Source: Candidatus Latescibacterota bacterium
GTDB taxonomy: Bacteria; Latescibacterota; UBA2968
Length of the DNA stretch: 64,000 bases
Reading direction: 5' to 3'
Assembly: GCA_965204745.1 (NCBI GenBank)
Contig: OZ242010.1
Coordinates: 1,568,001-1,632,000, forward strand
Positions 1 through 9,693 of the stretch are shown here, piece by piece. The notes beneath the pieces were generated by a model. It saw only the letters and a program-made list of their open reading frames with translations, was not told the DNA's origin and did not search any database. The translations under genes and the position numbers were made by a program. How positions within the stretch are numbered: the first letter of the stretch is position 1; every line of letters begins with the position of its first letter.

Positions 1-721
1 AGAGCGCGCTGCCGACGGCAAAGACCCAAAAGGCCGGCGTCCCAAGTGCTCGGCAAAGGGTGAAGCCGATCATCGGGACATCCTCTGCCGCGCCTTCGGT
101 AGTGAGGCCGAGGGATTCGGGATCGCGCCTGACAAAGAGCAGGGACAGGCCCGCGACGATCATCAATATCCAGCCGAGGCCCGACCACATCACGCGCCAA
201 CCGCTGTTGAGCACCACATCGCCCGCGCCGACGATGGCGATGGAAAATCCTATGCTCATCAGGACCGCAAAGATGCCCATGGCAATGCTCAACCGCCGCA
301 CGAACCACTTGCCGACAAGGGTCAGGCTCGCGACAGACAACGCGCTTTGCCCGATGCCGCGCATCAAAATGAGGAGAACGAGCAACACACCCGCGCTCGC
401 CACGCGGCTAAATTGCAAGACCACCGCGCTCAACGCACCGAGTACGGCGGTCAGCACCGCGCGCACTCCAAAGCGGTCGATGGCGATGCCGCAGATCGCG
501 CTGAACAAGGCCCCGATGATGGGCGCCCAGAAATTCATCTCTGCAAAATGGAGGCGGGAGATGCCCAAATCCGCGATCAACGGCTCGGTGATCAAGCCGA
601 TGCCAACGGTTCTGCCCGGTAGCGTTGCCACCATCGCAATCGCCGCAAAAACCAAAATCACCCAGCCGTAATAAAAGGGCATGCGCGCAGGCCATGGATT
701 GCCGAAAATATTTTTGAACAT
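1..721 (-). CDS. MFS transporter (runs off the window start; C-terminus missing)
   Basis: Not in the ORF track; read manually from ATG at 721 (TGATG overlap with upstream stop): MFKNIFGNPWPARMPFYYGWVILVFAAIAMVATLPGRTVGIG..., with GIAIDRFGVR (MFS motif A) and many hydrophobic helices. Confidence 0.85.
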   Translation of the reverse strand, partial: MFKNIFGNPWPARMPFYYGWVILVFAAIAMVATLPGRTVGIGLITEPLIADLGISRLHFAEMNFWAPIIGALFSAICGIAIDRFGVRAVLTAVLGALSAVVLQFSRVASAGVLLVLLILMRGIGQSALSVASLTLVGKWFVRRLSIAMGIFAVLMSIGFSIAIVGAGDVVLNSGWRVMWSGLGWILMIVAGLSLLFVRRDPESLGLTTEGAAEDVPMIGFTLCRALGTPAFWVFAVGSAL

Positions 722-1578
722 CAATGCTCTGCTCTTTCCAAATTGACACACGCCTTGAGTTTTGCCAGTCCTTCTTCTGCGGCGGCGATGGCGCCCTGTG
801 CCCAGTAGGTCGGGTTGAAAAGCTCTAAGGACAGCCTGCCGTCGTAGCCCGCGTTTTGAAGCCCGGCCGCGATTTTTGGCCAAGGTGCCAGGCCATCCCC
901 CGGATAGACCCGATCCGCGTCTGTGAGGGCGTCTCGTTTGGGCGAGGCGGGGTAATCGTTCACATGTACCAAGCCCAATTTGCCCGGCCCGAGGTGTTCC
1001 AAGCCGTGAAAATGCCCGCTACCCTTGAACATGTGATAGATGTCGGCCAGCAACACGGTGTCGGGGCGTCCGCATTCGGCGGCGACGAACAAGGCTTCGC
1101 CCAAGGTGCCCAGGGTTTGTGCAATGCCCCAAAACTCCAGCAGGGGGACGGCTTGAAAGTCGGCGACCGCGTCTATCAGTTCGGCATATCGTTGCGCCAC
1201 GGGAAACAGATCGACTTTGCGATGCTGAATCCCATAAGGCGGCGCGGCCACATAATCGCAGTGGAGCGCGTCTGCCATTTCAAAGCAGCGACGGGCTTCT
1301 TCAATCCCCTTTGCACGCGGCGCATCTTCGGGCACGGCCCACTCGAAAAACGCAATCAGGTTGACGAGTTGAATCCCCCTGTCCGCGGCTTTGTCGCGTA
1401 GATCAATCAGCGACCCGCCCGCGGAAACCCAGTCGTCGATTTCCCTCACCCACAGTTCAATGCCCTCGTACCCCGCATTGGCCGCAATGTCGATGGCATC
1501 GAGGGCGGAGACCCCTGGGTTGCGAATCGTGCTGGTGTTCAAACAATAGGAAAAGCCCATGATATACTCCTCATACAC
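721..1578 (-). CDS. Sugar phosphate isomerase/epimerase (xylose-isomerase-like TIM barrel)
   Basis: AGYEGIELW, LLEFWG, LADIYH, VHVNDYP, DRVYPGDG, LSLELFN metal-binding pattern. Confidence 0.85.
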   Translation of the reverse strand: MYEEYIMGFSYCLNTSTIRNPGVSALDAIDIAANAGYEGIELWVREIDDWVSAGGSLIDLRDKAADRGIQLVNLIAFFEWAVPEDAPRAKGIEEARRCFEMADALHCDYVAAPPYGIQHRKVDLFPVAQRYAELIDAVADFQAVPLLEFWGIAQTLGTLGEALFVAAECGRPDTVLLADIYHMFKGSGHFHGLEHLGPGKLGLVHVNDYPASPKRDALTDADRVYPGDGLAPWPKIAAGLQNAGYDGRLSLELFNPTYWAQGAIAAAEEGLAKLKACVNLERAEH

Positions 1579-2959
1579 TCGGCAATGGCGCGGTGTCGCC
1601 GGTTTCGCGTTGCCATGTGCGAATCATCGCCGCCATGGCGCGAACGCGATCTCGGTGTTCGGTCGCGTCAAACAGGTTGGTTTCTTCAAACGGATCGGCA
1701 TTCAGGTCGAACAACTCGCATTGATCGCCGGCGCACAAATTCAGCTTCCAACGGTCGCCCGTCACCACGCAACGCCACGGTAGCGTGGCGATCAGATTGA
1801 TGTCGGGAGTGCCCAAATTGCGGTCCCCAATTCCGTTCCATTCCATAAATGCGCGGTGATCTTTCAAATCGCGGTCCCCGGTCAAAACAGCGGTCACACT
1901 CTCGCCCTGACATGCGTCTGGGATCGGCACATCGGCCAAATCCAAGAGGGTGGGAATCAAATCCGCATGCCCAAATACGCCATCTACATGCGTTTGCTCG
2001 GCCCCTAGCCACGGCACGGACAGCAGGAGGGGAACGCGGGCGGACTCGTCGTAAAATGCCCGTTTTTCCCACAGGCGATGATCCCCTGCCATTTCGCCGT
2101 GGTCGCTCGTGAACGCAAAGATCGTGTTCTCCATCTGCCCGGTTTCTCGGAGTGCGCGAACCATCTCGCCGATGGCGTCATCCACAATTTTCACATTGCC
2201 CAGATACTGCGCCCGAAGTTTTCGCCAGTTCTCGTCCCGCGTCATGTCGGTGGCGACGACGCGCGCGTCTGTGGTGTTGCGATAAAACGTTGCGCGCGTG
2301 CGGTTGAACAGGGAATGCCCTTCGGGGTGTTGCAAAAATGTGGGGCCGACCGGGAGGTCTTCCGGGTCGTACAAGCCATCATAAGGCCCGCGATACGGCG
2401 GGTGCGGCTCGAATGTGCTGGCGACGAGTAGCCACGGGCGGTCGTCGTTTTCCCGAATGAACCGCGCTGATTCCCGACCTACATAAGCGCCGATTTGGGC
2501 GGACGCGGGCATGGTCGCGCGTTGTTGCGGGGTGAATCTGCCGGGGACTTCTGGCGAGAAGCCCTGACCGAGTAGCCACTGGTGATAGCCGCATCCATCG
2601 GCGATGCTACACCACTCGTCAAATCCATGCTGGCAATTTCCCTCATCGCCCAAATGCCACTTGCCCACATAGCCCTTGCGGTAGGTATCGGGCATCATTT
2701 CGGCGAGGGATGGGGTCTCTCGTCTCAGCGGAATGCCATTGACCACGCATCCGTGCGCGTGCGGATAAAGCCCGGTCAGCAGGGACCCACGCGACGGCGT
2801 GCAGACCGCCTGCGTGACGTAGGCATTTTCAAAGACAAAGCTGCGCGCTGCCAGTGCGTTTTGATGCGGCGATTGAATCCACGCATTGCCATAACACGCC
2901 ATCGTATCCGCGCGCTGCTGGTCAGTGATGACAACGACGATATTGGGTTGACGCGACAT
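1571..2959 (-). CDS. Formylglycine-dependent sulfatase
   Basis: PNIVVVITDQQR, CTPSRGSLLTG (CxPxR), GKWHLG, TSDHGEM. Confidence 0.95.
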   Translation of the reverse strand: MSRQPNIVVVITDQQRADTMACYGNAWIQSPHQNALAARSFVFENAYVTQAVCTPSRGSLLTGLYPHAHGCVVNGIPLRRETPSLAEMMPDTYRKGYVGKWHLGDEGNCQHGFDEWCSIADGCGYHQWLLGQGFSPEVPGRFTPQQRATMPASAQIGAYVGRESARFIRENDDRPWLLVASTFEPHPPYRGPYDGLYDPEDLPVGPTFLQHPEGHSLFNRTRATFYRNTTDARVVATDMTRDENWRKLRAQYLGNVKIVDDAIGEMVRALRETGQMENTIFAFTSDHGEMAGDHRLWEKRAFYDESARVPLLLSVPWLGAEQTHVDGVFGHADLIPTLLDLADVPIPDACQGESVTAVLTGDRDLKDHRAFMEWNGIGDRNLGTPDINLIATLPWRCVVTGDRWKLNLCAGDQCELFDLNADPFEETNLFDATEHRDRVRAMAAMIRTWQRETGDTAPLPSV

Positions 2960-2978
2960 TGTGTTCTCCTAAGAAGAG

Positions 2979-3214
2979 GGGACCTATCCCCCCGGCCCCC
3001 TTTCCTACAAGGAAAGGGGGAGCGTAGGGCTTTCTGAAAGGTTTGTATCCCTGGCTGTTCTGATGGCTTTGAGCGACTGGAGCACGCCATAGAAACCCAA
3101 ACCCCCTTCGGGCAACCCCCTCACAAAACCTCTTGCTATTCCCCCCTTCCTCGCAGGCACAGACATAGCCTACAACGAAGCGGAGCGAGTAACGAGGGTT
3201 AGAGGGTAGGTCCC
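2979..3214. repeat. MITE-like palindromic element, family A copy 1
   Basis: Ends GGGACCTATCCCC ... GGGTAGGTCCC; internal ggtttgtatccctggctgttctgatggctttgagcga shared with copies at 18654 and 26212. Confidence 0.7.
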
Positions 3215-3342
3215 GATAGGGCGCGATTAAAAATCCCTCATCAATACCCTCGCAAAACCGCTCACAGTTCCCTCTCCCGTCTCACCGAAGGGTGTGGGGC
3301 AGGGCGGGAACTGACCACTGACTACTCTCGCCTTTTCCGTTG

Positions 3343-4104
3343 TTATTCGCGCAGGCCGCGCAGCATTTGACGGCAGCCATGGAGGTAGATGCCCGTATCC
3401 ACAGAGAGCGAAATGTACCCCACGCCCGCGTCTATCCAACGCTTCGCCGCGTCTGGGGAATCGGCAAATGTGCCGACCGTCAGCCCGGCATGGGTGATCA
3501 ATTTCGCGGCTCCGCGCATGCGATCCACCACGCGCGGATCGTGGACTTGGCCGGGAATGCCCAGGGATTGCGACAGATCATAAGGGCCCAAGAAGATCAC
3601 ATCGAGCCCTGGCACAGAGATGATCGCTTCGAGATTTTCGAGACCTTCCACGCCCTCGATGTGGACGAGCACCATCGACGCGGCATTGAGGCGTTCAAAA
3701 ATCGCCGCGCCATCGGCGAAATAGCGAGCCGCGCGCGTATAGGGCGAAACGCCCCGCATGCCCAGCGGCGAATACTTGGCCGCGCGCACCACGGCTTCGG
3801 CATCGGCTTTTGTGCAAATTTGCGGCACTTGCACCCCGGCCGCGCCGATATCCAACGCACGCAGGATTTGCGCGGGATCGTTTTCCCGCACCCGCACGAT
3901 AGGCGTGATCTCGACCCCGTGTGCGACTCGGCAGAGATCCTCGCAGGTGGGAATGTCGAGCGGCCCGTGTTCCGTATCGAGAATGACAAAATCAAATCCG
4001 CTGTACGCCGCGATCTCGATGAGCGCGCCAGAACTGAGATTGACGAAAGGCCCAATGGCGACTTCGCCGTTGGCAAATTTGTCTTTGAGCAGATTATCGG
4101 CCAT
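3343..4104 (-). CDS. HpcH/HpaI aldolase family protein
   Basis: GFDFVILDTEHGP, RALDIGAAGVQVP, KYSPLGMRG, HIEGVEG, FLGPYDLSQSLG. Confidence 0.9.
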   Translation of the reverse strand: MADNLLKDKFANGEVAIGPFVNLSSGALIEIAAYSGFDFVILDTEHGPLDIPTCEDLCRVAHGVEITPIVRVRENDPAQILRALDIGAAGVQVPQICTKADAEAVVRAAKYSPLGMRGVSPYTRAARYFADGAAIFERLNAASMVLVHIEGVEGLENLEAIISVPGLDVIFLGPYDLSQSLGIPGQVHDPRVVDRMRGAAKLITHAGLTVGTFADSPDAAKRWIDAGVGYISLSVDTGIYLHGCRQMLRGLRE

Positions 4105-4288
4105 GTCAAAGCTCCTCTAAAAGTTAAAAACGCGAAGTGGTATTCGGAATACGATACAAGGGGTGATTAGGAGGTCAGTCCCTGCAACCACCCACAAAAT
4201 GCGCGTAACAAATTGCGCCGTGAACGTGTCTAGACAGCGACGCGTTAAAACCCGTTGCGCGTCTTTCGCTGTGGTTCGGCAAAGCCCG

Positions 4289-5581
4289 TCACGCGCACAA
4301 TTTCAAAAATTCATCCCCTGTTTTCTCGCACCAGGCACGCAGGCGGCGGCGATGGTCGTCGAGTTCGTTTTTGAACCGCGCATTGACCGCGAGATTGACC
4401 ATTTCCCCGGGGTCGTTTTGGAGATCGACGAGTTGCTCGCGGTAGCGGCCCATGGGAAACGCGCTGTACTTGTAGCGATCCGTCAACACAGCGCGCGACG
4501 CACCCCCTCCGCCCGGGCCAGAGCCGATGTCGATGATGGTTTCAACCACGAGCTCATCGCGCCATTCGGTCAGCGCATTGCCCTCTGCGAGTGACCGCAA
4601 GCTCAAGCCCTCAAGCCCGTCCGGAACATGCGCGCCGCCGACCTCGCAAAGTGTGGGCAAAAGATCGAGGCCCAACGAGACGAGGTGCGTATCGTCAACG
4701 TGACCGCCCTTGGTGACGCCCGCGTGGCTGATGATAAAGGGGATGTTGATGACTTCTTCGTAGAGGCTGGTTTTTTGGTTCCAATTGTGCGCGCCGTGCC
4801 CGTCGCCGTGGTCGGAAGTGAAGACGATATAGGTGTTTTCTTCCATGCCGAGATCGCGCAAGCCGTCGAGCAGAACGCCGATTTCCGCATCCACTTTTTC
4901 GCACAGGCGATAGTAGAGGAAGCGCAGGCGGCGCCAGTCGTCGTCGGTGTATTCGATAGTGGGATAGACGCGGCGGTTGACCCGTCGCAACATTTGCAAA
5001 ATGTCGGGCGAATACGGTGGGATGGCGAAATTCGCGGGCAGACTCGGGCATTCTTCAATCGCGCTCGGGTCTGGCACAGGGCCTTGGGGCAAGGGCTGGC
5101 TGCGGGCCACTTGGCAGACGTCGTGCGGATTGAGAAAGGACGCGAACAGGAAAAAGGGATTGTCCCGGTCGCGTTTCATAAATTCAATGGCGCGCACCGG
5201 CACTTCGTCGTCCCGGCTACCGCAGATCACTTCGAAACCGCTTTCCTCGGGCGTGGTGCCGGGCACATGCCATTTGCCCGAAAGGGCGCAATCATAGCCC
5301 GCATCCGCGAGGAAATTGCCGAGGGTTTGGCCCTTGTATTCCGGCTTGATCGGCGTGCCATTGCTCGTCGCGCCGTTTTGATGCGGGTACACGCCCGTCA
5401 TCAAACTCGCCCGCTGTGGCCCGCACAGGGGATGCGTGCAATAAGCGCGGGTAAAGCGCGTGCCGGTTTGCGCGAGGCGGTCCATATTGGGGGTATGAAC
5501 ATCGGGATTCCCCGCACAAGACATCGCACCCGCGTATTGCTGGTCCGTGATGATAAAGAGAATATTGGGACGATCTGGCAT
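4289..5581 (-). CDS. Formylglycine-dependent sulfatase (choline-sulfatase-like subfamily)
   Basis: PNILFIITDQQ, CGPQRASLMTG, GKWH, TSDHGDG. Confidence 0.93.
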   Translation of the reverse strand: MPDRPNILFIITDQQYAGAMSCAGNPDVHTPNMDRLAQTGTRFTRAYCTHPLCGPQRASLMTGVYPHQNGATSNGTPIKPEYKGQTLGNFLADAGYDCALSGKWHVPGTTPEESGFEVICGSRDDEVPVRAIEFMKRDRDNPFFLFASFLNPHDVCQVARSQPLPQGPVPDPSAIEECPSLPANFAIPPYSPDILQMLRRVNRRVYPTIEYTDDDWRRLRFLYYRLCEKVDAEIGVLLDGLRDLGMEENTYIVFTSDHGDGHGAHNWNQKTSLYEEVINIPFIISHAGVTKGGHVDDTHLVSLGLDLLPTLCEVGGAHVPDGLEGLSLRSLAEGNALTEWRDELVVETIIDIGSGPGGGGASRAVLTDRYKYSAFPMGRYREQLVDLQNDPGEMVNLAVNARFKNELDDHRRRLRAWCEKTGDEFLKLCA

Positions 5582-5611
5582 GGTGAAACTCCTTTCAGGT
5601 CAGTTTCCGCT

Positions 5612-5757
5612 CCGCCCAACCCCCTTCGGTGAGAGGTGAGACGGGAGAGGTGAGTTTATTAGCCACAAAAGGCACAAAAACACAAAAGGGGTACAACTGG
5701 CGATAGCCAGTTCAAAGGTGAGCGATGCGTGTAGGGGCGATGCCCTGTGCTCGCCCG
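5612..5757. repeat. Composite intergenic repeat block (heptamer, ttagccacaaaaggcacaaaaacacaaaag module, GTAG-type REP)
   Basis: The same modules recur at ~15095-15270, 26150-26182 and 47862-47930; gtaggggcgatgccctgtgctcgccc is a REP-like hairpin. Confidence 0.65.
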
Positions 5758-5804
5758 AAGATAAGTAGTCAGCGGTCAGTTCCCGCCCATCTCGGAGAGG
5801 GGGC

Positions 5805-8345
5805 CTACAGCCGCGGATCCACGGGTTCGCTTTCGAGCGCGAGGACGCCGAATACGCATTCGTGGATGCGGCGTAGGGGGTCGTTTTGCACAAAGCGATT
5901 GAGGGCTTCGAGGCCCAAGGCAAATTCGCGCAGGGCCAGGGATTGCTTGGTTTTGACATTGCGCCACCGCAATTTTTCGAGATTTCCCGGAGTCGTGTAT
6001 TCCGGGCCGTAGATGATGCGGAGGTACTCGCGCCCTCGGCACTTGATGGCGGGCTGAATCAGCCGGCCTTTTTTGTTGCGTGCGATGAACGGGATGGGTT
6101 TGACGACCATGCCCTCGCGGCCCTGCGCCGTGATTCGTTCCCACCATGCAACGGCGTCGCCACAACTCTGCGCGTCATTGAGATCGACGATGCGATAGGG
6201 CGTGGCGTGGAGAAGATCCGCATCCGCACGACAGAGTGTTGCGAGGGTCTCCATGTGCCATGGGTGCGCCCGTGTGTGGTGAACCGCGCCTTCTGTGCCG
6301 AGGATGTGAAAGGGCGCGAGTTTGAGATCGTCCAAGCCGTGAACGGGCCAGCAATACGCCCGATACGCTTCGATATACCGGTCGACGCGCCGAGAACGCG
6401 CCCGGTACTCGGCGAGGCTATCGGCGACGTCAATGCCGTTGGCAGCGGCGGCGTTGAGCGCGTCCAAAGCAGCGTCGAGTGACGCACGGGCAGCCGCGCC
6501 CACCGCAGCGTATTGCTCCTGCAAGAGTTGTTGTGCGCGTGCGGACCAGGGCATCATTTCGCAGTCTAGCGCGATCCAATCCGTGTCGAGTCCCTTCCAG
6601 AGATCGGCTTTGGAGACCGCGTCTTGCAGGCGGGCGAGGCACGCGGATTCGAGACGCGCATCGTCGAAAAACGGCCGCCCGGTTCGCGTATAACACGCGC
6701 CCAATACCGGCTCGGACAGGCCAAAGCGGTCGCGGGCAACCTCGCCATTCTCGCAGAGGACGACCACGGCGCGAGACCCCATGTGCTTTTCCTCGCAGAT
6801 CACCTGCGCGAGCTCGTTCTCCCGGTAATAAGCCAACGCTTCGTCCGGGTGTTCGAGGACATCGGGGCGCGAACTCGTTTTTGACGGGGACATGGTCGGC
6901 GGCAAATAGATCAGCCATTTTGGATCGATGGCATAGCGGCTCATCACCTCTAACGCGGCGGTGGCGTGTTCCTCGCGGATGGTGATGCGCGGGATGAGGA
7001 AGGTATCCACCGCCCGCTTGCCGATCACATCGTCAATATCGAGCATATCGTCGTGCGTTTGTTGCGCCGAGCGATGCGTTTCGGGAATGAGGGGCCGCGC
7101 GGGTTTGGCATACACCTTGAGCGAGGGCACGGAAACGCATTCTTTTTCCGGATAGCGCAGGGCCGTGAGCGCGCCGCCATAGACGCAACCCGTGTCGATG
7201 TTGATGGTGTTGTTGAGCCATTCGGCCCGCGGCACCGGCGTATGTCCATAAACCACTGTGGCCGCGCCGCGATACCCGGCGGCCCAATTCAGGCGAACCG
7301 GCAAGCCAAATTCGTCTGTCTCGCCTGTGGGCTCGCCATAGAGGGCAAACGAGCGCACCGCGCCCGATGTGCGCCCGACCAATTCTTCCGTCATCCCCGC
7401 ATGTGCCACGACGAGATTGCCGCTATCGAGCGCGTAGTGGCTGACCAACGCATCGAGAAAATCCGCATAGCGTTTGCGGTCGCGTGCGTCGATCTGCGCC
7501 AACGAATCGGAAAGCCCATACGTGGGCCTGACCCGCCTGCCCCGAAGGGCGCGCACCAAGCGGACATCGTGATTCCCGGGGATACACAGGGCCGCGCCGG
7601 CCTCGACCATGTGCATGACCAGATCGAGCACATGGGGGATTTTTGGACCGCGATCCACCAAGTCCCCCAAAAAGATGGCCTTGCGCCCCGGCGGCGGCGT
7701 GATCAGATCCGGGCGGATATCGTAACCGAGTTTGTCCAACAGGGTGATCAATTCGTCATAACACCCGTGAACGTCGCCGATAATGTCAAATGGCCCGCAC
7801 TCGTCCTTGCGGTTCGACCAAACCTTCTCGCGGGTGACGCGCACGCGCCGGACTTCGGCTTCCGAGCGCAAAGTGTAAATCCGCCGAAACCCCTCGCGCT
7901 TGAGGCGTTTGAATGAGCGGCGCAACTGGTGGCATTGATGCCCGATCACATGCCCGCCAAAATTCCGGTCCGGGCGATGCGCGTTGCGCTGGCGGCACAG
8001 GGCTTCGGGCATGTCCAATACAATCGCTATCGGAAAAACGTGGTGCTGTTTTGCCAATGCGACGAGGGGCTTGCGCGCGCTTTCCTGAACACTCGTGGCG
8101 TCGATCACCGTGAGCTTGTAATTGCCGAGGCGTTTGCCCGCGACGTAGTGCAGGGTCTCAAATGCCTCTTTGGTGATGGTCTGGTCCGTTTCGTCGTCGC
8201 TGAGCATCCCGCGAAAGAAATCCGAGGACAGGACTTCGGTGCGTTTGAAGTGGGTCTTCGCAAACGTGGATTTGCCAGCCCCAGACGCGCCGATGAGGAC
8301 GACGAGGGCGATTTCCGGGATTGTGATGTGAATGGATTTGGACAT
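5805..8345 (-). CDS. pnkp: Bacterial polynucleotide kinase-phosphatase-ligase (Pnkp), RNA repair
   Basis: Kinase GASGAGKST; metallophosphoesterase GDVHGC/GDLVDRGP/GNHD/GHTP; ligase EEKHMGSR, DCEMMPW, EGMVVKP; C-terminal LESEPVDPRL. Confidence 0.93.
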   Translation of the reverse strand: MSKSIHITIPEIALVVLIGASGAGKSTFAKTHFKRTEVLSSDFFRGMLSDDETDQTITKEAFETLHYVAGKRLGNYKLTVIDATSVQESARKPLVALAKQHHVFPIAIVLDMPEALCRQRNAHRPDRNFGGHVIGHQCHQLRRSFKRLKREGFRRIYTLRSEAEVRRVRVTREKVWSNRKDECGPFDIIGDVHGCYDELITLLDKLGYDIRPDLITPPPGRKAIFLGDLVDRGPKIPHVLDLVMHMVEAGAALCIPGNHDVRLVRALRGRRVRPTYGLSDSLAQIDARDRKRYADFLDALVSHYALDSGNLVVAHAGMTEELVGRTSGAVRSFALYGEPTGETDEFGLPVRLNWAAGYRGAATVVYGHTPVPRAEWLNNTINIDTGCVYGGALTALRYPEKECVSVPSLKVYAKPARPLIPETHRSAQQTHDDMLDIDDVIGKRAVDTFLIPRITIREEHATAALEVMSRYAIDPKWLIYLPPTMSPSKTSSRPDVLEHPDEALAYYRENELAQVICEEKHMGSRAVVVLCENGEVARDRFGLSEPVLGACYTRTGRPFFDDARLESACLARLQDAVSKADLWKGLDTDWIALDCEMMPWSARAQQLLQEQYAAVGAAARASLDAALDALNAAAANGIDVADSLAEYRARSRRVDRYIEAYRAYCWPVHGLDDLKLAPFHILGTEGAVHHTRAHPWHMETLATLCRADADLLHATPYRIVDLNDAQSCGDAVAWWERITAQGREGMVVKPIPFIARNKKGRLIQPAIKCRGREYLRIIYGPEYTTPGNLEKLRWRNVKTKQSLALREFALGLEALNRFVQNDPLRRIHECVFGVLALESEPVDPRL

Positions 8346-8350
8346 AGATC

Positions 8351-8383
8351 GGTGAGAGGTAAGAGGTAAGAGGTAAGACGGGA
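8351..8383. repeat. Short (AGGTAAG)n heptamer array
   Basis: Three perfect aggtaag units at 8357-8377 plus degenerate flanking units, just upstream of the pnkp start. Confidence 0.85.
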
Positions 8384-8450
8384 GAAGACCTACACACGGC
8401 TCGCCTTTGAACGGGTACTTGAAGCCCCGTCAATTCATTTCGGGGGGCTA

Positions 8451-9029
8451 TCACGCAATCACAATCGCGTGTGCGACCTCCGGCCCATGTACCCCCAGCG
8501 TCAGCCGCATTTCGATATCGGCGGTTCGGCTCGGCCCGGAAATAAATGTGGCCGTTGCATTGTGGGAATGATCCACGAAAAATTGGCGCAACGGGGCGGC
8601 GGCATCCGTCAAATTTGCCAGCAACATAGCCGCCTTAAAAATGCCGATATGCACGCGGGGCAAGGTCGAAACGAGGCGCGCGGCATCGTCCAAGGCAAAC
8701 TCGACGAGACTGCCCGACTCGGCCACGGCAAATGCGGCCCATGACACCCCCACCTCGGTCGCGTCAATCGCGTGGGGCAATGCGCGATTGTCAAAGGGCG
8801 GCGCGAGCACCTCAACCCCCGCATCCACGCACGCGCTTTGGATCGCAACGTCCAACCCATCGGGCAATTCGGCGAGCGCGACCCGCTTGCAATCAACATC
8901 ACGGAGCACTTGCACCACGATGGGCGCGACCGCATCCGCGCCCTCGGCCACATGCGCGATGCCAGACAATGACGCATACTTTTTCACGAATACATCGATC
9001 AATTCAGCATTCATAGCACACCCATCCAT
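8451..9029 (-). CDS. LUD-domain protein (LutC/YkgG-like)
   Basis: AVAESGSLV, STLPRVHI, ISGPSRTADIEMRLTLGVHGP. Confidence 0.88.
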   Translation of the reverse strand: MDGCAMNAELIDVFVKKYASLSGIAHVAEGADAVAPIVVQVLRDVDCKRVALAELPDGLDVAIQSACVDAGVEVLAPPFDNRALPHAIDATEVGVSWAAFAVAESGSLVEFALDDAARLVSTLPRVHIGIFKAAMLLANLTDAAAPLRQFFVDHSHNATATFISGPSRTADIEMRLTLGVHGPEVAHAIVIA

Positions 9030-9194
9030 AGAAGTTTCAAAGCGCGCCCAAAGTAATGCGAAACCCCGTTTGACGCAAGTTTTTCGGGCGAGAAAACACC
9101 TGTCTGAATCGCAGATTCAACGGATTACGCAGATTACGCGGATTGGGCAACGCAGGTTGGGCAGAGGGCGCAGAAAGGCAACAGGCAAAGAGAA

Positions 9195-9222
9195 AGCCCG
9201 AGTTCCTTGCGAACCCGGGCTT
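9195..9222. terminator. Hairpin aagcccgagttc...gaacccgggctt
   Basis: Inverted repeat just downstream of brnA; a near-identical stem occurs at 18862-18907. Confidence 0.55.
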
Positions 9223-9248
9223 GGTTTGTTGCGTGCATTGTTTTGCCG

Positions 9249-9512
9249 CTATCCGGCATTGACTTTCTCGGACAGCCAGACCTCAATCAGCGATTGATAA
9301 GGGATATCCCTCTCGTTGGCCGCCACCTCAATGCGCTCGAGCAACTCGACGGGCAATCGCAGTGAAATCGCCTTAGTCCCTTTGAGATTGGGGAAACAGA
9401 CGCTTTCTGCCGCGCTCCAATCCACATAGTCGGTCGAGTCATGACGCTCCCAAAAAGCCCGCTCTTCCGCCTCGGTCTCAAAGGCGGGAATGGGTTTGAG
9501 TTCCTTCTTCAT
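9249..9512 (-). CDS. BrnA/CopG-family antitoxin
   Basis: IPAFETEAEERAFWERHDSTDYVDW...ISLRLP...IPYQSLI is the typical BrnA pattern. Confidence 0.88.
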   Translation of the reverse strand: MKKELKPIPAFETEAEERAFWERHDSTDYVDWSAAESVCFPNLKGTKAISLRLPVELLERIEVAANERDIPYQSLIEVWLSEKVNAG

Positions 9513-9537
9513 AACGAGTTCGCTCCTTGCGGCTCAT
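9478..9537 (-). pseudogene. C-terminal remnant of BrnT toxin
   Basis: MSRKERTRYEEGTQTHSRL* overlaps the antitoxin start and resembles the BrnT tail (..ARDMSRKERxxYE); the rest of the toxin is absent. Confidence 0.7.
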
Positions 9538-9566
9538 AATATATATATGCGTAAGAGCCGCGTCAA
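9538..9566 (-). promoter_or_regulatory. Sigma70-like promoter TTGACG-N17-TATATT
   Basis: Minus strand ttgacg cggctcttacgcatata tatatt, immediately before the toxin remnant. Confidence 0.6.
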
Positions 9567-9693
9567 TCAACCCTGTAATCCCTGAAGGGGTTGGTGCGGG
9601 GGCATGCGCTGTACTTTGCGCTTTGCACTTTGTGCTTTATCCATTATCTTAAATCCATCTTCGCATTCCCACTCACCATTTAGGTCATCTCCC

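Noticed and set aside
60-749. Track ORFs 60-671(+) and 408-749(-)
   Set aside because: The real gene is an MFS transporter in another minus frame starting at 721
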